64,000 nucleotides of DNA from Lachnospiraceae bacterium (GTDB lineage Bacteria > Bacillota > Clostridia > Lachnospirales > Lachnospiraceae), in NCBI GenBank assembly GCA_025758065.1, contig CP107199.1, positions 3,312,949-3,376,948 of the forward strand, written 5' to 3'. The notes under the pieces are model-generated. The model searched no databases, was not told the origin of the DNA, and saw only the letters and a list, made by a program, of their open reading frames with translations. This document shows positions 18,721 to 29,969 of this stretch, piece after piece. The number at the start of each line of letters is the position of its first letter. Position 1 is the stretch's first letter. A program made the position numbers and the translations under genes.

Positions 18721-20094
18721 TTACAGCATAATATACTTCAGTACAAAAAGTACTGCCAGAATATAAAGCAGTGGACTGATCTTCTTTTCGTTTGCCTTAC
18801 CACATACCAGATTGATCACTACATAGGAAATGATTCCTAAAGAAATACCTTCAGAAATACTGTACATAAAAGGCATTGCAATGATACCGATGTATGCAGG
18901 AATGGATTCCGTATAATCATTAAAATCAATTTTAAGAATAGATGAGATCATTAAAAATCCTACAACGATCAGCGCCGGTGCTGTTGCAAAGGACGGGATC
19001 GCAAGGAAGATCGGTGATAAGAACAGGGACAGTCCAAAAAGGATAGCTGCAACTGCAGCGGTCAGTCCGGTTCTTCCGCCTTCTGCTACGCCGGAAGCAC
19101 TTTCTACGAACGTAGTTACAGTAGATGTACCAAACATAGCACCTACAGTAGTACCAATGGCGTCAGACATAAGAGCGCCGCGGATCTTTGGAAGCTTGCC
19201 GTCTTTGTCCAGCATATCTGCCTTGGAAGCAACACCGATCAGTGTTCCTAAGGTGTCAAACAGATCTACAAACAGGAATGCAAATACAACTACAAAGAAA
19301 TCCAGTGAGAACAGACGGCTGAAATCCATCTTCAAAAAAGTTGGGGCCATGCTTGGAATCGCAATCCCATTGGAAAAATCCGGGAGAAGGCTGTAAGCTC
19401 CTGCCTCCGGGTTTACCTGGTAGATACCTGCTAACTGGCAGATGATGCCTAAAATCCATGTAGCAAGGATACCCCAAAGGATACCTCCCTTTACCTGTTT
19501 TACCAGTAAAACAGCTGTGATCAAAATACCGATCAGCGCTAACAGGACTGTGATCCCTTCTGTAGAAAATGTACCATTCTGAACAGCTGCCTTAAAGGAA
19601 TAAAGACCTACCAATGTAGCTCCGTCTACTACGATCTTTGCGTTCTGCAAACCGATAAAAGCGATAAAAAGACCAATACCGGCAGATACAGAATGTTTCA
19701 ATGTCATTGGGATAGCATTGAAGATTTTTTCACGTACATTGGTCAATGACAGAAGAATGAAAATGATACCTTCTGCAAATACAGCCGTTAAAGCCATTTC
19801 CCATGAATAACCCATCTGTAAAACTACGGTATAAGCAAAATACGCATTTAAGCCCATACCAGGTGCCAGTACAAATGGATAGTTTGCCATAAATGCCATA
19901 CATAAGGTAGCAAACAATGCTGAAACTGCAGTTGCTGTAAAAACAGCACCGCTATCCATACCTGTAGCGCCTAGGATACCCGGATTAACAGCCAGGATAT
20001 AGGCCATGGTCATGAAGGTGGTAATTCCCGCTAACACCTCTGTTTTGACGTCTGTGTGGTTTTCCTTCAGGTGAAACAATTTTTCCAGACTCAT
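18721..20094 (-). CDS. NCS2-family (AzgA/PbuG-like) purine permease
   Basis: TEVLAGITTFMTMAYILAVNP, APGMGLNAYF and ESASGVAEGGRTGL motifs; many TM segments. Confidence 0.92.
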   Translation of the reverse strand: MSLEKLFHLKENHTDVKTEVLAGITTFMTMAYILAVNPGILGATGMDSGAVFTATAVSALFATLCMAFMANYPFVLAPGMGLNAYFAYTVVLQMGYSWEMALTAVFAEGIIFILLSLTNVREKIFNAIPMTLKHSVSAGIGLFIAFIGLQNAKIVVDGATLVGLYSFKAAVQNGTFSTEGITVLLALIGILITAVLLVKQVKGGILWGILATWILGIICQLAGIYQVNPEAGAYSLLPDFSNGIAIPSMAPTFLKMDFSRLFSLDFFVVVFAFLFVDLFDTLGTLIGVASKADMLDKDGKLPKIRGALMSDAIGTTVGAMFGTSTVTTFVESASGVAEGGRTGLTAAVAAILFGLSLFLSPIFLAIPSFATAPALIVVGFLMISSILKIDFNDYTESIPAYIGIIAMPFMYSISEGISLGIISYVVINLVCGKANEKKISPLLYILAVLFVLKYIML

Positions 20095-20329
20095 ATAAGA
20101 TCCTCCTTCTCATATATTGATCTCTGATCATTAATCTTTGGTAATCACCAAAGATCAGTTCTTCTTTCCAGCTTTTTAAGAAGTCCCCTGCCTCCTTTTC
20201 CCCGACCGCCAGAAATCAGAATATTTTTATATTTGCATTTTAGCACTTTTTTAATATTTTGTATATACAAAATAAAAATTTCTAATGATCAAAATGAATC
20301 TTTATATATAAATTTGAAATTTTTGTTCA

Positions 20330-21580
20330 TTAATCCACATTTTTTCCTGTTGCAAAGCTTTTTACAATTTCTGTAAGGATCTGGACAGTCTGTTCCATAG
20401 ACTCCACACATACATATTCATACTTTCCATGGTAATTGTGTCCCCCTGTGCAAAGGTTGGGGCAGGGCAGTCCCATATAGGATAATCTGGCGCCGTCTGT
20501 TCCCCCGCGTACTGGAGAGATCACCGGTTCAACGCCGTTTTTCTTCATGGCTTTCTCTGCAATATGGATCAATTCCATATGGGGTTCTATCTTCTCTTTC
20601 ATATTATAGTAAGAATCTTTTACTGCAACAGTTACTGTACCTGCTCCGTATTTTACATTTAAAAACTCAGCTGCTTTTTCGAAAAATGCCTTTTTCTGTT
20701 GGAATTTCTCCCGGTCATGATCCCGGATGATATAAGCCATCTGGGTGCATTCTACATCGCCTTCCATACGGTCTAGATGATAAAAGCCTTCGTAGCCTTC
20801 TGTATACATAGGATTTTCAAATGCCGGAAGCAAAGCCTGAAATTCCATAGCTACCAGCAATGCATTTTTCATTTTTCCCTTGGCGCTTCCCGGGTGGATA
20901 CTCTTTCCCTGTATCACCACATGACCAGAAGCCGCATTAAAGTTTTCGTATTCCAGTTCGCCTAAAGCTCCTCCGTCTACTGTATAAGCCGCCTCTGCCC
21001 CAAAATCTTCTACATTGAAGAAATCAGCACCTCTTCCCACCTCTTCGTCCGGCGTAAAAGCAATGCATATCTTTCCATGCTTTTCTTCCGGATGGCTTAA
21101 AAACCAGGCTGCCATAGTCATGATCTCTGCCACACCTGCTTTATCATCTGCTCCCAACAGTGTAGTTCCATCTGTAGTGATCAGTGTTTTTCCCTTATAC
21201 TTTTTTATTTCCGGAAAATCAGAAGTAAGGAGCCAGATATCCTTTTCTTTGTTTAAGCAGATATCACAGCCATCATAGTTTTCTACTAGCTGAGGCTTTA
21301 CATCTTTGCCTGAAAGGGCCGGTGACGTGTCCATATGGGCGATAAAGCCTAATGACATAACTGTCTCTTCTGTATTTGCTGGGATCTCACCGTAAATATA
21401 TCCATGTCCGTCCATACGCACATTGGATATACCCATTTCCTTTAATTCTGCAGCAAGAAGTATACTAAATTCTAACTGCTTCTTTGTACTTGGAACCTGT
21501 TCTTCCTCTTCTTTTGACTGGGTATCATAGGAAATATAGCGTAAAAAGCGTTCCGTAACAGAATAATCTGTTGTTTTCAT
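20330..21580 (-). CDS. pepT: Peptidase T (tripeptide aminopeptidase)
   Basis: [26 protein letters not shown] and RGGTDG motifs. Confidence 0.95.
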   Translation of the reverse strand: MKTTDYSVTERFLRYISYDTQSKEEEEQVPSTKKQLEFSILLAAELKEMGISNVRMDGHGYIYGEIPANTEETVMSLGFIAHMDTSPALSGKDVKPQLVENYDGCDICLNKEKDIWLLTSDFPEIKKYKGKTLITTDGTTLLGADDKAGVAEIMTMAAWFLSHPEEKHGKICIAFTPDEEVGRGADFFNVEDFGAEAAYTVDGGALGELEYENFNAASGHVVIQGKSIHPGSAKGKMKNALLVAMEFQALLPAFENPMYTEGYEGFYHLDRMEGDVECTQMAYIIRDHDREKFQQKKAFFEKAAEFLNVKYGAGTVTVAVKDSYYNMKEKIEPHMELIHIAEKAMKKNGVEPVISPVRGGTDGARLSYMGLPCPNLCTGGHNYHGKYEYVCVESMEQTVQILTEIVKSFATGKNVD

Positions 21581-21711
21581 TTTATTGTCCTCCACAAACA
21601 TATTTATATCATAATTTTACCACGAATCTATTCATTATGCAAAAAGGACAGCCAGTCTTTCGATCCAGCTGCCCCAAATACAAATCCTTCATATTTACAT
21701 TTATTCCGGTT

Positions 21712-23028
21712 TTACCGGTTTGCCAGTTCCTCTGTGATTTCTTCCCAGGTAACACCCTTTTCTGCCATTAATACCATTATATGGTACAGAAAATCAGAAA
21801 TCTCATATTTTACTTCTTCCGGATCCGGATTCTTGGCTGCAATAACGATCTCTGTAGCTTCTTCTCCTACCTTCTTTAAGATCTTATCAATTCCCTTGTC
21901 AAAAAGATAGTTTGTATAAGAGCCTTCCTTTGGATGCTTCTTACGGTCTAAGATCACATTGAAAACATCTTCAAATACCTTTAATGGATTGGTCTCTTTA
22001 TATTCCTTTTCTGCCAGCGTGGTGTAGAAGCAGGAACGATTTCCAGTGTGGCAGGCTGCCCCGATCTGTTTTACAGTTGCAAGCAGGGTATCATTGTCAC
22101 AATCAATCTTTAAGGATTTTACATACTGGAAATGTCCGCTGGTCTCTCCCTTTACCCACTGTGCCTGACGGCTGCGGCTGAAATAAGTCATACGGCCGGT
22201 AGCAAGTGTATTATCAAATGCCTCCTCATTCATATAGGCTAACATTAACACTTCGTTGCTCTTATAATCCTGAACGATCACCGGAATCAGACCGTCACTG
22301 TTTAACTTAAAATCCTTCCAGTCTACAGAAGATTCAAAGGTATCCACAGAGATCCCCGCTGCCTTTAAAGACTGCTTTATGGTCATGGAAGAATCCATGT
22401 TATCTTCTGTAAAGGTAAGAACTGCACCGCAGATATTTCCACAGCCAAAGGCATTTTTCAGACTTTCTGCTGTATCTTTGGCATCGTCCTTTGCCTGTAA
22501 GAAGAATAAAAATGATGCCTCACTGTCGCTGATAGAAGCCATTTCCAGTAAAGAGGGCACACTGCCTGCTGTATTAAGAAGCATAACAGATGCGCCTGCT
22601 GCCTCATAGTCCTTTACACTGTCAATATATTCGTCTGTTGGCAGATAAGCGTAAATTTTCTCTTTTCCAAAGCGGTCCGAAGCCTCTTTGATCATATCTG
22701 TGTTTTCTTCTTTGCTCATGTCTAAAAATACAGCACTGGCTCCTGCATAAAGATATTTCTTTACATCTTCCATGCGCTTTACTCTGCCGCCTGCAATAAC
22801 CGGGGCATCTGCTTCCCTGCACACCTCTTTGATCACTGCAATGGCAGCCTCATGATCCTCATCTGTTACAGACCAGTCATAGACCAGTATCTCGTCAACC
22901 CCATTATCACAGCAGTGCTTTGCCATCTGTGGCACAGCCTGTGTATAAGTCCTCTTTCCATCCCAGCTGCTGATGCGTCCTTCCTGATAGCCAAAACCTG
23001 CGATCAGTTTTTTATTATCCATTTTCAT
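21712..23028 (-). CDS. hisIE: Bifunctional PR-AMP cyclohydrolase/PR-ATP diphosphatase with an N-terminal HisF-like barrel
   Basis: C-terminal [26 protein letters not shown] (HisI) and [17 protein letters not shown] (HisE). The first ~230 aa resemble a degenerate HisF/HisA barrel. Confidence 0.92.
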   Translation of the reverse strand: MKMDNKKLIAGFGYQEGRISSWDGKRTYTQAVPQMAKHCCDNGVDEILVYDWSVTDEDHEAAIAVIKEVCREADAPVIAGGRVKRMEDVKKYLYAGASAVFLDMSKEENTDMIKEASDRFGKEKIYAYLPTDEYIDSVKDYEAAGASVMLLNTAGSVPSLLEMASISDSEASFLFFLQAKDDAKDTAESLKNAFGCGNICGAVLTFTEDNMDSSMTIKQSLKAAGISVDTFESSVDWKDFKLNSDGLIPVIVQDYKSNEVLMLAYMNEEAFDNTLATGRMTYFSRSRQAQWVKGETSGHFQYVKSLKIDCDNDTLLATVKQIGAACHTGNRSCFYTTLAEKEYKETNPLKVFEDVFNVILDRKKHPKEGSYTNYLFDKGIDKILKKVGEEATEIVIAAKNPDPEEVKYEISDFLYHIMVLMAEKGVTWEEITEELANR

Positions 23029-23043
23029 TTACTCCTTGTCCGT

Positions 23044-23763
23044 TCATTTTTCAAAACGGCAGACTGCTTCTTCTAAGTCCACCCGGTTTTCATAAAGAGC
23101 TTTTCCGATGATCGCTCCTGAGATCCCTGCATCATAAAGAGACTGCAGATCTTCCATACAGGATACGCCTCCAGAAGCAATAATGTCAAGTCCTGTTTCC
23201 AGAGTCAGTTTCTTTGTTGCCGGGATATTTGGACCTGAAAGCATACCATCTCTGGAAATATCTGTATAAATAATGTGCTTTACACCGTATTCTTTCATTT
23301 TCAGGCAAAGTTCTGTAGCTGTAACTGTACTTACCTGTTCCCATCCCTGGATCGCAACCATGCCTGCTTTGGCATCAATGCCTGCTGCAATAGCATCTGC
23401 TCCGAATTTCTCCACCATATCTTTTAAAAACTCCGGCTCTTCTACTGCCTTTGTTCCTATGATCACACGCTTTACCCCTAAAGAAAGCATATTTTTAACA
23501 GCTTCTTCAGAACGGATCCCGCCGCCGATCTCCACAGGGATATTCACAGAAGAAACTATCTTTTTAATGGTCTCTTCATTCACAGAACGTCCTGCCAGTG
23601 CACCATCTAAATCTACCAGATGTAAAAAAGTGGCTTTTTTTTCCTGCCAGAGAGCTGCAATCTCCTCTGGATGCTCAGAATATACGGTAATATTTTTAAA
23701 TTTCCCCTGGCACAGGCGGACACATCTTCCATTTTTCATATCAATTGCCGGATACAGCTGCAT
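23044..23763 (-). CDS. hisA: ProFAR isomerase
   Basis: LYPAIDMKNGRCVRL, LHLVDLDGA, GGGIRS and TDISRDGMLSG. Confidence 0.95.
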   Translation of the reverse strand: MQLYPAIDMKNGRCVRLCQGKFKNITVYSEHPEEIAALWQEKKATFLHLVDLDGALAGRSVNEETIKKIVSSVNIPVEIGGGIRSEEAVKNMLSLGVKRVIIGTKAVEEPEFLKDMVEKFGADAIAAGIDAKAGMVAIQGWEQVSTVTATELCLKMKEYGVKHIIYTDISRDGMLSGPNIPATKKLTLETGLDIIASGGVSCMEDLQSLYDAGISGAIIGKALYENRVDLEEAVCRFEK

Positions 23764-23786
23764 AATTTGTCTCCTTTTTCTCTTTT

Positions 23787-23832
23787 ATGTACTCTCGGAA
23801 TCTTTTTGTACTTGATTTTGTGAAGATTTTTT
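23787..23832 (-). repeat. Family A palindromic repeat, half copy
   Basis: ATGTACTCTCGGAATCTTTTTGTACTTGATTTTG matches the reverse complement of the right arm of the 39882-40044 element. Confidence 0.85.
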
Positions 23833-24420
23833 CTACAGGCTTCCCTTTGTAGATAATACATCTGTCAGACGGGGATCATAACCGGTTGCCTCATCCAGTG
23901 CCTTTGCAAATGCCTTAAAAGCCCCTTCAATAATATGGTGATTGTTGCTTCCGGACATCTGTCGCAGATGAAGGTTCATTTCTCCGCCATATGATACTGC
24001 GTAGAAAAATTCCCGCACCATTTCTGTCTCCAGATCACCAACTTTTTCCCGGTCAAGATTTAAATCATAGACCAGATAAGGTCTTCCGCAAAGATCCAGG
24101 GCACAGATTACTAATGCCTCGTCCATAGGAAGAATCTGGGAGCCATAACGGCAGATGCCTTTTTTATCACCTACTGCCTGGCGGATCGCCTGTCCCAGAA
24201 CGATTCCCGTATCCTCAATGGTATGATGGGTATCTACCTCCAGATCCCCATTTACCTGAAGATCCAGATCAAAAAAACCATGACGGGCAAAACTGTTTAA
24301 CATATGGTCAAAAAAACCGATGCCTGTATGGATATTGGCTTTTCCGCTGCCGTCCAGGTTTAAGGTCATTTTTATCTGTGTTTCATTGGTATTTCGTGTG
24401 ATCTGCGCAATGCGTTCCAT
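23833..24420 (-). CDS. hisB: Imidazoleglycerol-phosphate dehydratase
   Basis: RNTNETQI, GFFDHML, DTHHTIED and NNHHIIE. The longer ORF start in the track falls in repeat sequence. Confidence 0.95.
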   Translation of the reverse strand: MERIAQITRNTNETQIKMTLNLDGSGKANIHTGIGFFDHMLNSFARHGFFDLDLQVNGDLEVDTHHTIEDTGIVLGQAIRQAVGDKKGICRYGSQILPMDEALVICALDLCGRPYLVYDLNLDREKVGDLETEMVREFFYAVSYGGEMNLHLRQMSGSNNHHIIEGAFKAFAKALDEATGYDPRLTDVLSTKGSL

Positions 24421-24455
24421 ATTCCTGTACTCTCCTTTATCCGGACCTTTTAACT

Positions 24456-24497
24456 CCTCTGATATTGAATTGCTGCGTGCTTTGCACTCTCTCAATT
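24456..24497 (+). repeat. Family B intergenic repeat, partial copy
   Basis: CCTCTGATATTGAATTGCTGCGTGCTTTGCACTCTCTCAATT matches the copies at 31114 and 36561. Confidence 0.85.
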
Positions 24498-24501
24498 ATT
24501 A

Positions 24502-24559
24502 ATGTCCTCTCGGCATCTCTCATGCACCTGCCTTTGTGGCTGAGATTCCGAGAGAACAT
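24502..24559 (+). repeat. Family A palindromic repeat, internally deleted copy keeping both ends
   Basis: ATGTCCTCTCGGCATCTC...GAGATTCCGAGAGAACAT; both termini match 39882-40044. Confidence 0.8.
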
Positions 24560-24560
24560 A

Positions 24561-25850
24561 TCATTCAAATCTTACCCTTACAGAATTTGCATGTGCAGTC
24601 AGATGTTCTGCCTCTGCAAAGTCCTCAATATCCCTGTGAGCCTTTTTCAGGGCTTCTCTGGAATAATAGATAATGCTGGATTTCTTAATAAAGTCGTCTA
24701 CACCTAAAGGTGAGAAGAATTTCGCTGTCCCGTTAGTAGGAAGGATATGGTTTGGTCCTGCAAAATAGTCTCCCAGCGGCTCAGAGCTGTATTCACCGAT
24801 AAAAATAGCTCCTGCGTTGCGGATCTTTGTCATTACTTCAAAAGGATTCGCCGTTACCAGCTCCAGATGTTCCGGAGCAATGTTATTGGCTGTTTCAACT
24901 GCTTCATCCATGGTATCCACTACCAGGATATAGCCGTAGTTATCCAGAGATTTCTTTATGATCCCACTTCTGGATAATACCTGTAAAAAGCCATCCACTT
25001 CTTTAGAAACTTTCTCAGCCAGCTCCATGCTGGTGGTAACTAAAATAGCACTGGCTAACTCATCATGCTCTGCCTGGCTTAACAGGTCAGCTGCCACATA
25101 TCTTGGATTTGCTGTTTCATCTGCTACTACTAAGATCTCACTTGGTCCTGCGATACTGTCAATGCTTACATGGCCGTATACAGCCTTTTTTGCAAGCGCA
25201 ACAAAGATATTTCCAGGTCCTACGATCTTGCTGACTCTTGGAATAGACTCAGTGCCGAAAGCAAGGGCTGCGATGGCCTGGGCACCGCCTACTTTATAAA
25301 CTTCCGTAGCACCAGCCAGATGCGCTGCTGTTAAAGTAACAGGATTTACCTTTCCATCCTGACCAGGAGGTGTGACCATTACAATACGCTTAACACCTGC
25401 TACCTCTGCCGGGATAATGTTCATAAGTACAGAAGAAGGGTACGCTGCTTTTCCGCCTGGTACATATACACCTGCACTCTCTAAAGCAGTGATCTTCTGT
25501 CCTAAGATCGTACCGTCAGGCTGGGAATCAAACCAGCTGTTCCTTCTCTGTTTTTCATGGTAACGGCGGATGTTTTCCATGGATTTTTTCATTACTTTCA
25601 GCAGGTGGGGATCAACTTCTTCCATAGCTTCTTTAATCTCAGCTTCTGTTACCCGGATATTTTCTGCATTGATCTGTGCTTTATCAAATTTTCTGGTATA
25701 ATCAAAAACCGCCCTATCACCTTCTACTTTTACCTTATCTACGATCTCCTGCACGGTTTCTGTATAGGCATCATAGTTATTTGGGTCTCTTTTTAACATA
25801 TCTGCCAGAATATTTTTCATAGATGCTTCGTCTAACTTTACGATCCTCAT
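24561..25850 (-). CDS. hisD: Histidinol dehydrogenase
   Basis: [35 protein letters not shown] and APEHLE. Confidence 0.96.
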   Translation of the reverse strand: MRIVKLDEASMKNILADMLKRDPNNYDAYTETVQEIVDKVKVEGDRAVFDYTRKFDKAQINAENIRVTEAEIKEAMEEVDPHLLKVMKKSMENIRRYHEKQRRNSWFDSQPDGTILGQKITALESAGVYVPGGKAAYPSSVLMNIIPAEVAGVKRIVMVTPPGQDGKVNPVTLTAAHLAGATEVYKVGGAQAIAALAFGTESIPRVSKIVGPGNIFVALAKKAVYGHVSIDSIAGPSEILVVADETANPRYVAADLLSQAEHDELASAILVTTSMELAEKVSKEVDGFLQVLSRSGIIKKSLDNYGYILVVDTMDEAVETANNIAPEHLELVTANPFEVMTKIRNAGAIFIGEYSSEPLGDYFAGPNHILPTNGTAKFFSPLGVDDFIKKSSIIYYSREALKKAHRDIEDFAEAEHLTAHANSVRVRFE

Positions 25851-26506
25851 TTGTCCGCCCTCTCTTTTTCTTTTAAAAGTCCCTGAAAATCTTTGATGAT
25901 CTTTGTGATCCGCTCATTTTCTGTCTTCATGCTTACCTGGTTGACTACCATACGTGCTGAAAGGTCACAGACCTCTTCTAAAACTACTAATCCGTTTTCC
26001 CTCAGGGTAGAACCTGTCTCCACGATATCCACGATCACCTCGGAAAGCCCTACAATAGGTGCCAGCTCAATAGAACCGTTTAACTTAATGATCTCTACAG
26101 TCTGGTATTTCTGATTATAGAAATAATCTTTTGCAATATGGGGATATTTGGTAGCTACGCGGATCAGCTCGTGATGCTTTAAACGTTCCCTGGCTGACTC
26201 AGGCCCGCAGACACACATCCTGCATTTTCCCATCGCCAGGTCCAGTACCTCATAAAATCTTCTTCCTTCCTCCAAAATGGTATCACGGCCTACAATGCCA
26301 ATGTCTGCAGCACCGTACTCTACATAAGTAGGAACGTCATTTGCCTTGGCTAAAAAGAAACGGATGCCCAGGTCTTCATTTACAAAGATCAGCTTTCTGG
26401 AGTTTTTGTCCTTCATCTCCTCACAGGAAATGCCGATCTGCTCAAACATATCCATTGCCTTTAAAGCCAGACGGCCCTTGGCTAATGCTATGGTAAGATA
26501 TCTCAT
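25847..26506 (-). CDS. hisG: ATP phosphoribosyltransferase, short form
   Basis: [29 protein letters not shown] and [17 protein letters not shown] before 26506. Confidence 0.95.
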   Translation of the reverse strand: MRYLTIALAKGRLALKAMDMFEQIGISCEEMKDKNSRKLIFVNEDLGIRFFLAKANDVPTYVEYGAADIGIVGRDTILEEGRRFYEVLDLAMGKCRMCVCGPESARERLKHHELIRVATKYPHIAKDYFYNQKYQTVEIIKLNGSIELAPIVGLSEVIVDIVETGSTLRENGLVVLEEVCDLSARMVVNQVSMKTENERITKIIKDFQGLLKEKERADK

Positions 26507-26543
26507 AATCTCCTCCTTTATATCCATATGTTTTCCGGGTATC

Positions 26544-27824
26544 CTATAAGATCCCCCTGACTCCGTATGCAGATACAGGAGTTTCATCTACATTTCCTGT
26601 GAGCATATCAAAGGCAGTTACTGTATTCCCTGCATCCTTCAGGCAGAGGATAGTACGAAGACCTCTTTTCTTTGCCATTTCCTTGTAGTCTTCCAGGCTC
26701 TTTCCTTCCTCCATGACCATGGCCTGCACCGGAGTGCCTTCGGAACGGAAGAATCGGCTTAAACGCACAGCACTTTGTCTGGCTGATGGCTCATAAAGGA
26801 TCACTGTATTCACTAACTGCACCGGAATATGGATCTGCTGTCTGGATAAAGCTGCCATAAGCTGGTCTACCACAATGGCAAAACCAACTGCCGGGGTATC
26901 TTTTCCAAACTGTACTAACAGCTTATTGTAACGGCCGCCTGTAACAATATAATCGCCGGTCCCGTAAGTATACGCCTTAAAAATGATGCCTGTATAATAC
27001 TGGTAACGGCTTAACATTCCCAGGTCATAGGATACATAATCTGCCATGTGGTACTCTTCCAGCAAAGTATGTACCCGTTCCAGCCTCTCAATAGCTGCTA
27101 ACGCCTGTGGATTGTGAGTTAATGTTTTTGCCTTTTTAATCTGGCTAATACCGCCAAACAGCTCCGGAAGCTTTAAAAAGGCTTCTTTTAAGCTTTCTTC
27201 CATATTCTGGTTCTTTAAGAACTCTTCCACACCAAAACGGTTTTTATTCTCGATCAGGTCATTTAACCGTGCCTGTGCATCTTCATCCAGTCCGGACTGC
27301 AGCAACAGGCTTCTGTAAAATGCAACCTCTCCTAATTCTACCTGGAATTCTTTTAAACCTGCCGTCTTTAAGCAGTCAATGACCATAGCGATCATCTCTG
27401 CATCAGCATCTGGTGAGTCATCACCGATCAGCTCTGCACCAGACTCAGCCCTTTCTTTTAAGTAACCTTGATAACTGGTGTTGTTCTTAAAAGTGCGCTC
27501 TAAGTAACACAGGCGCAGAGGCATGTCATCATCCATAAAATATTTTGCCACGCATCTGGCCACTGCCGGGGTCATATCCGGCCTGAGTACCAGCATGTTA
27601 TTGTCCCGGTCGAAAAATTTGAACATTTCCTGGGCGCCTACACTTCCACGGTCTTCATTAAAAATATCCGCATATTCAAAACTTGGGGTCTGGATATGCT
27701 CATAACCGTACAGATATAATGTATGGAGGATCTTCTCCTGGACTGCCAGCTTTCTGCGGCATTCTCCGTTGTAAATGTCCCTGACTCCTTCCGGAGTATG
27801 GATCAGCTTGTTTTTCTTTGTCAT
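26544..27824 (-). CDS. hisZ: ATP phosphoribosyltransferase regulatory subunit
   Basis: HisRS-like (TPEGVRD, LRPDMT, YYTGIIF, GGRY); first gene of the his operon, ahead of short hisG. Confidence 0.93.
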   Translation of the reverse strand: MTKKNKLIHTPEGVRDIYNGECRRKLAVQEKILHTLYLYGYEHIQTPSFEYADIFNEDRGSVGAQEMFKFFDRDNNMLVLRPDMTPAVARCVAKYFMDDDMPLRLCYLERTFKNNTSYQGYLKERAESGAELIGDDSPDADAEMIAMVIDCLKTAGLKEFQVELGEVAFYRSLLLQSGLDEDAQARLNDLIENKNRFGVEEFLKNQNMEESLKEAFLKLPELFGGISQIKKAKTLTHNPQALAAIERLERVHTLLEEYHMADYVSYDLGMLSRYQYYTGIIFKAYTYGTGDYIVTGGRYNKLLVQFGKDTPAVGFAIVVDQLMAALSRQQIHIPVQLVNTVILYEPSARQSAVRLSRFFRSEGTPVQAMVMEEGKSLEDYKEMAKKRGLRTILCLKDAGNTVTAFDMLTGNVDETPVSAYGVRGIL

Positions 27825-27878
27825 GGCACATCTCCCTTATCTTCCGCCGGTGTAAATGGCTCTTTTTTTGTCCCTTAT

Positions 27879-27898
27879 TGCTTTATCATGGTAGAGTG
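27879..27898. promoter_or_regulatory. Candidate HisR (YerC/TrpR-like) operator
   Basis: Imperfect palindrome TGCTTTA-N6-TAGAGTG just downstream of the his promoter. It resembles the YACTTTA-N6-TAAAGTR motif I recall for Firmicute HisR. Confidence 0.55.
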
Positions 27899-27920
27899 GT
27901 AATTCATTAACGTGGTTCTT

Positions 27921-27949
27921 ATTATAAAGGTTCTTATTTTTCTTGTCAA
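27921..27949 (-). promoter_or_regulatory. Sigma-A promoter of the his operon
   Basis: Perfect TTGACA-17 nt-TATAAT on the minus strand. Confidence 0.85.
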
Positions 27950-27997
27950 CGTATTTCTGGATTTTTCATAACTACGTATTTCTGGATCTTCATAACT
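27949..27997. repeat. Two-copy tandem direct repeat (25 and 24 bp)
   Basis: ACGTATTTCTGGATTTTTCATAACT followed by ACGTATTTCTGGATCTTCATAACT. Confidence 0.85.
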
Positions 27998-28538
27998 CCT
28001 GCTTATTTTCCCTCTGGCTTAGATCAATGGATAAAGGCTCCAGATAGTGAACATACATATCCCTGTGGGAACGTATTTTCCAGTTTTTGTCAATTTCATC
28101 ATAAGTAAAACTCTTTCGCCCGCCTGCTTCCATGCGGTCCCAGAATTTTTTTACATCTGCAAAGGGTACATAATACATTTCATCCATGGCTGTATAATGT
28201 ACAATAATAAAAGATATACCCCCCTGCTGTTCAAATTCTTCCATGAACTTAATCTGGTGTGGATGGATATTTTGCAGAGGAAATGTTTTTACCGCACATT
28301 CCTTTGCATCAAAACACACCGGGATTCCCTGCACTGCCCCAATATAGTCTACTGTACTTTTCTGTTCAAAATAAGCCAGTGTAATATGACGGCTGCTCTT
28401 ATCTATTTCAATGGGGGTAATGGGGGTAGGGATTTTCTGGATCAAAGCCAGCTTTTTTTCCCTGTAGCTTTCATTTGTATGATTGATCAAATCTTCTAAG
28501 GTAGATCCACGAAGGCCTCTTGTTTTCCATGTTCCCAT
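27990..28538 (-). CDS. recU: Holliday junction resolvase RecU
   Basis: RGSTLEDLIN, QKIPTP, STVDYIG and FDAKE motifs. Confidence 0.92.
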   Translation of the reverse strand: MGTWKTRGLRGSTLEDLINHTNESYREKKLALIQKIPTPITPIEIDKSSRHITLAYFEQKSTVDYIGAVQGIPVCFDAKECAVKTFPLQNIHPHQIKFMEEFEQQGGISFIIVHYTAMDEMYYVPFADVKKFWDRMEAGGRKSFTYDEIDKNWKIRSHRDMYVHYLEPLSIDLSQRENKQEL

Positions 28539-28617
28539 TTTTATGCTGTCCTTTCCGTAAAACAAATGTCTGCCGCCGCATCCCCTTTGTTTTTGGCTTC
28601 TTACTCATGTTTTTGTC

Positions 28618-28690
28618 GGGTCCCAAGTTCAAAAATCCTCCTTCAAGCAAGCTTGCATCGGATTTATGACCTTTTGACCCTGGTATCATC
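28618..28690 (-). repeat. Palindromic intergenic element, possibly related to family B
   Basis: Minus strand TGATACCAGGGTCAAAAGGT...GCAAGCTTGCTTG...GAACTTGGGACCC forms a long hairpin. Its 5' part resembles the family B 5' end. Confidence 0.45.
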
Positions 28691-28775
28691 AGTATACCAA
28701 ATTAATTCTGTATTTGCCATTCTTCATTTTTTGCATTATACTATAGAAAAATTTCACACAAAAGCGAGGTATTAT

Positions 28776-29906
28776 ATGGAACCATCAAAAGTTTATTTCA
28801 CTGATTTTCACACAATTGCCTTTGGTGACGGACTTCCAACCAAATTAAAAAAGCTGATCAAAAAAGCTGGTATTGAAAAACTGAATATGGACGGCAAATT
28901 TGTTGCCATTAAGATGCATTTTGGAGAACTGGGAAATATTAGTTATCTTCGTCCTAACTACGCAAAAGCAGTTGCAGATGTAGTAAAAGAACTGGGTGGA
29001 AAGCCATTTCTTACTGACTGCAACACCATGTATCCGGGAAGCCGCAAAAACGCTTTAGAGCATCTGGAATGTGCATGGGAAAATGGATTTACACCGCTGA
29101 CTGTAGGATGTCCCATCCTTATTGGCGATGGCCTGAAAGGTACAGATGATGTAGATGTGCCGGTAGAAGGCGGGGAATATGTAAAAGAAGCCAAGATCGG
29201 CCGTGCTATTATGGATGCCGATGTATTTATCAGCCTGACCCATTTTAAAGGCCATGAAATGACCGGCTTCGGCGGAACCATAAAAAATATCGGTATGGGC
29301 TGTGGATCCAGGGCAGGAAAAAAAGACCAGCACAGCAGCGGCAAACCACACATTGAACAGGATTTATGTAAAGGCTGCCGCAAATGTCAGAAAGAATGTG
29401 CCAACAGTGGTCTGGTCTTTGATGAAGCTGCCAGAAAAATGCATGTGGATCAGGAACACTGCGTAGGCTGCGGCCGCTGCCTGGGTGCCTGCAACTTCGA
29501 TGCCATTGCCTTTGACAATGACACTGCAAACGAGCTGTTAAACTGCCGTATGGCTGAATATACCAAGGCCGTGGTAGATGGACGTCCAAACTTCCATATT
29601 TCCCTGATAGTAGATGTATCTCCTAACTGTGACTGCCACGGTGAAAACGACGTGCCGATCCTTCCAAATATTGGAATGTTCGCTTCCTTTGATCCACTGG
29701 CACTGGACCAGGCCTGTGTAGATGCCTGTCTTAAAGCTGCCCCAATGCCTGGAAGCCAGCTGGCAAAGAACATGGCAAAGAAAGGCTTCATAGACCACCA
29801 CGACCATTTCTGCAATTCCACACCAGAATCTGAGTGGAGAAGCTGCTTAGACCATGCAGAAAAGATCGGACTTGGTTCCAGAAAATATGAATTAGTTGTT
29901 ATGTAA
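28776..29906 (+). CDS. DUF362 / 4Fe-4S ferredoxin-domain protein
   Basis: VAIKMHFGE, HFKGH, two CxxCxxCxxxC clusters, SPNCDC and DPLALDQAC. Confidence 0.9.
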   Translation: MEPSKVYFTDFHTIAFGDGLPTKLKKLIKKAGIEKLNMDGKFVAIKMHFGELGNISYLRPNYAKAVADVVKELGGKPFLTDCNTMYPGSRKNALEHLECAWENGFTPLTVGCPILIGDGLKGTDDVDVPVEGGEYVKEAKIGRAIMDADVFISLTHFKGHEMTGFGGTIKNIGMGCGSRAGKKDQHSSGKPHIEQDLCKGCRKCQKECANSGLVFDEAARKMHVDQEHCVGCGRCLGACNFDAIAFDNDTANELLNCRMAEYTKAVVDGRPNFHISLIVDVSPNCDCHGENDVPILPNIGMFASFDPLALDQACVDACLKAAPMPGSQLAKNMAKKGFIDHHDHFCNSTPESEWRSCLDHAEKIGLGSRKYELVVM

Positions 29907-29918
29907 ATGATGTAAAAC

Positions 29919-29958
29919 AAAAAATCGCCCGGATCTGATCTGTCCGGACGATTTTTTT
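29919..29958. terminator. Bidirectional terminator between the DUF362 gene and trpS
   Basis: AAAAAATCGCCCGGA...TCCGGACGATTTTTT. Confidence 0.8.
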
Positions 29959-29969
29959 ACAGTTGCTTT

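Noticed and set aside
20095..20329. Purine riboswitch upstream of the NCS2 permease
   Set aside because: I could not find the conserved core (TA…ATATGG…GTTTCTACC…CCGTAAA) on the minus strand.
28566..28775. N-terminal extensions in the ORF track (DUF362 gene, also hisB, hisG, recU, rpoZ and the DUF2953 gene)
   Set aside because: Downstream starts have proper RBSs and family-typical N-termini; the extensions run through intergenic repeats or neighbouring genes.
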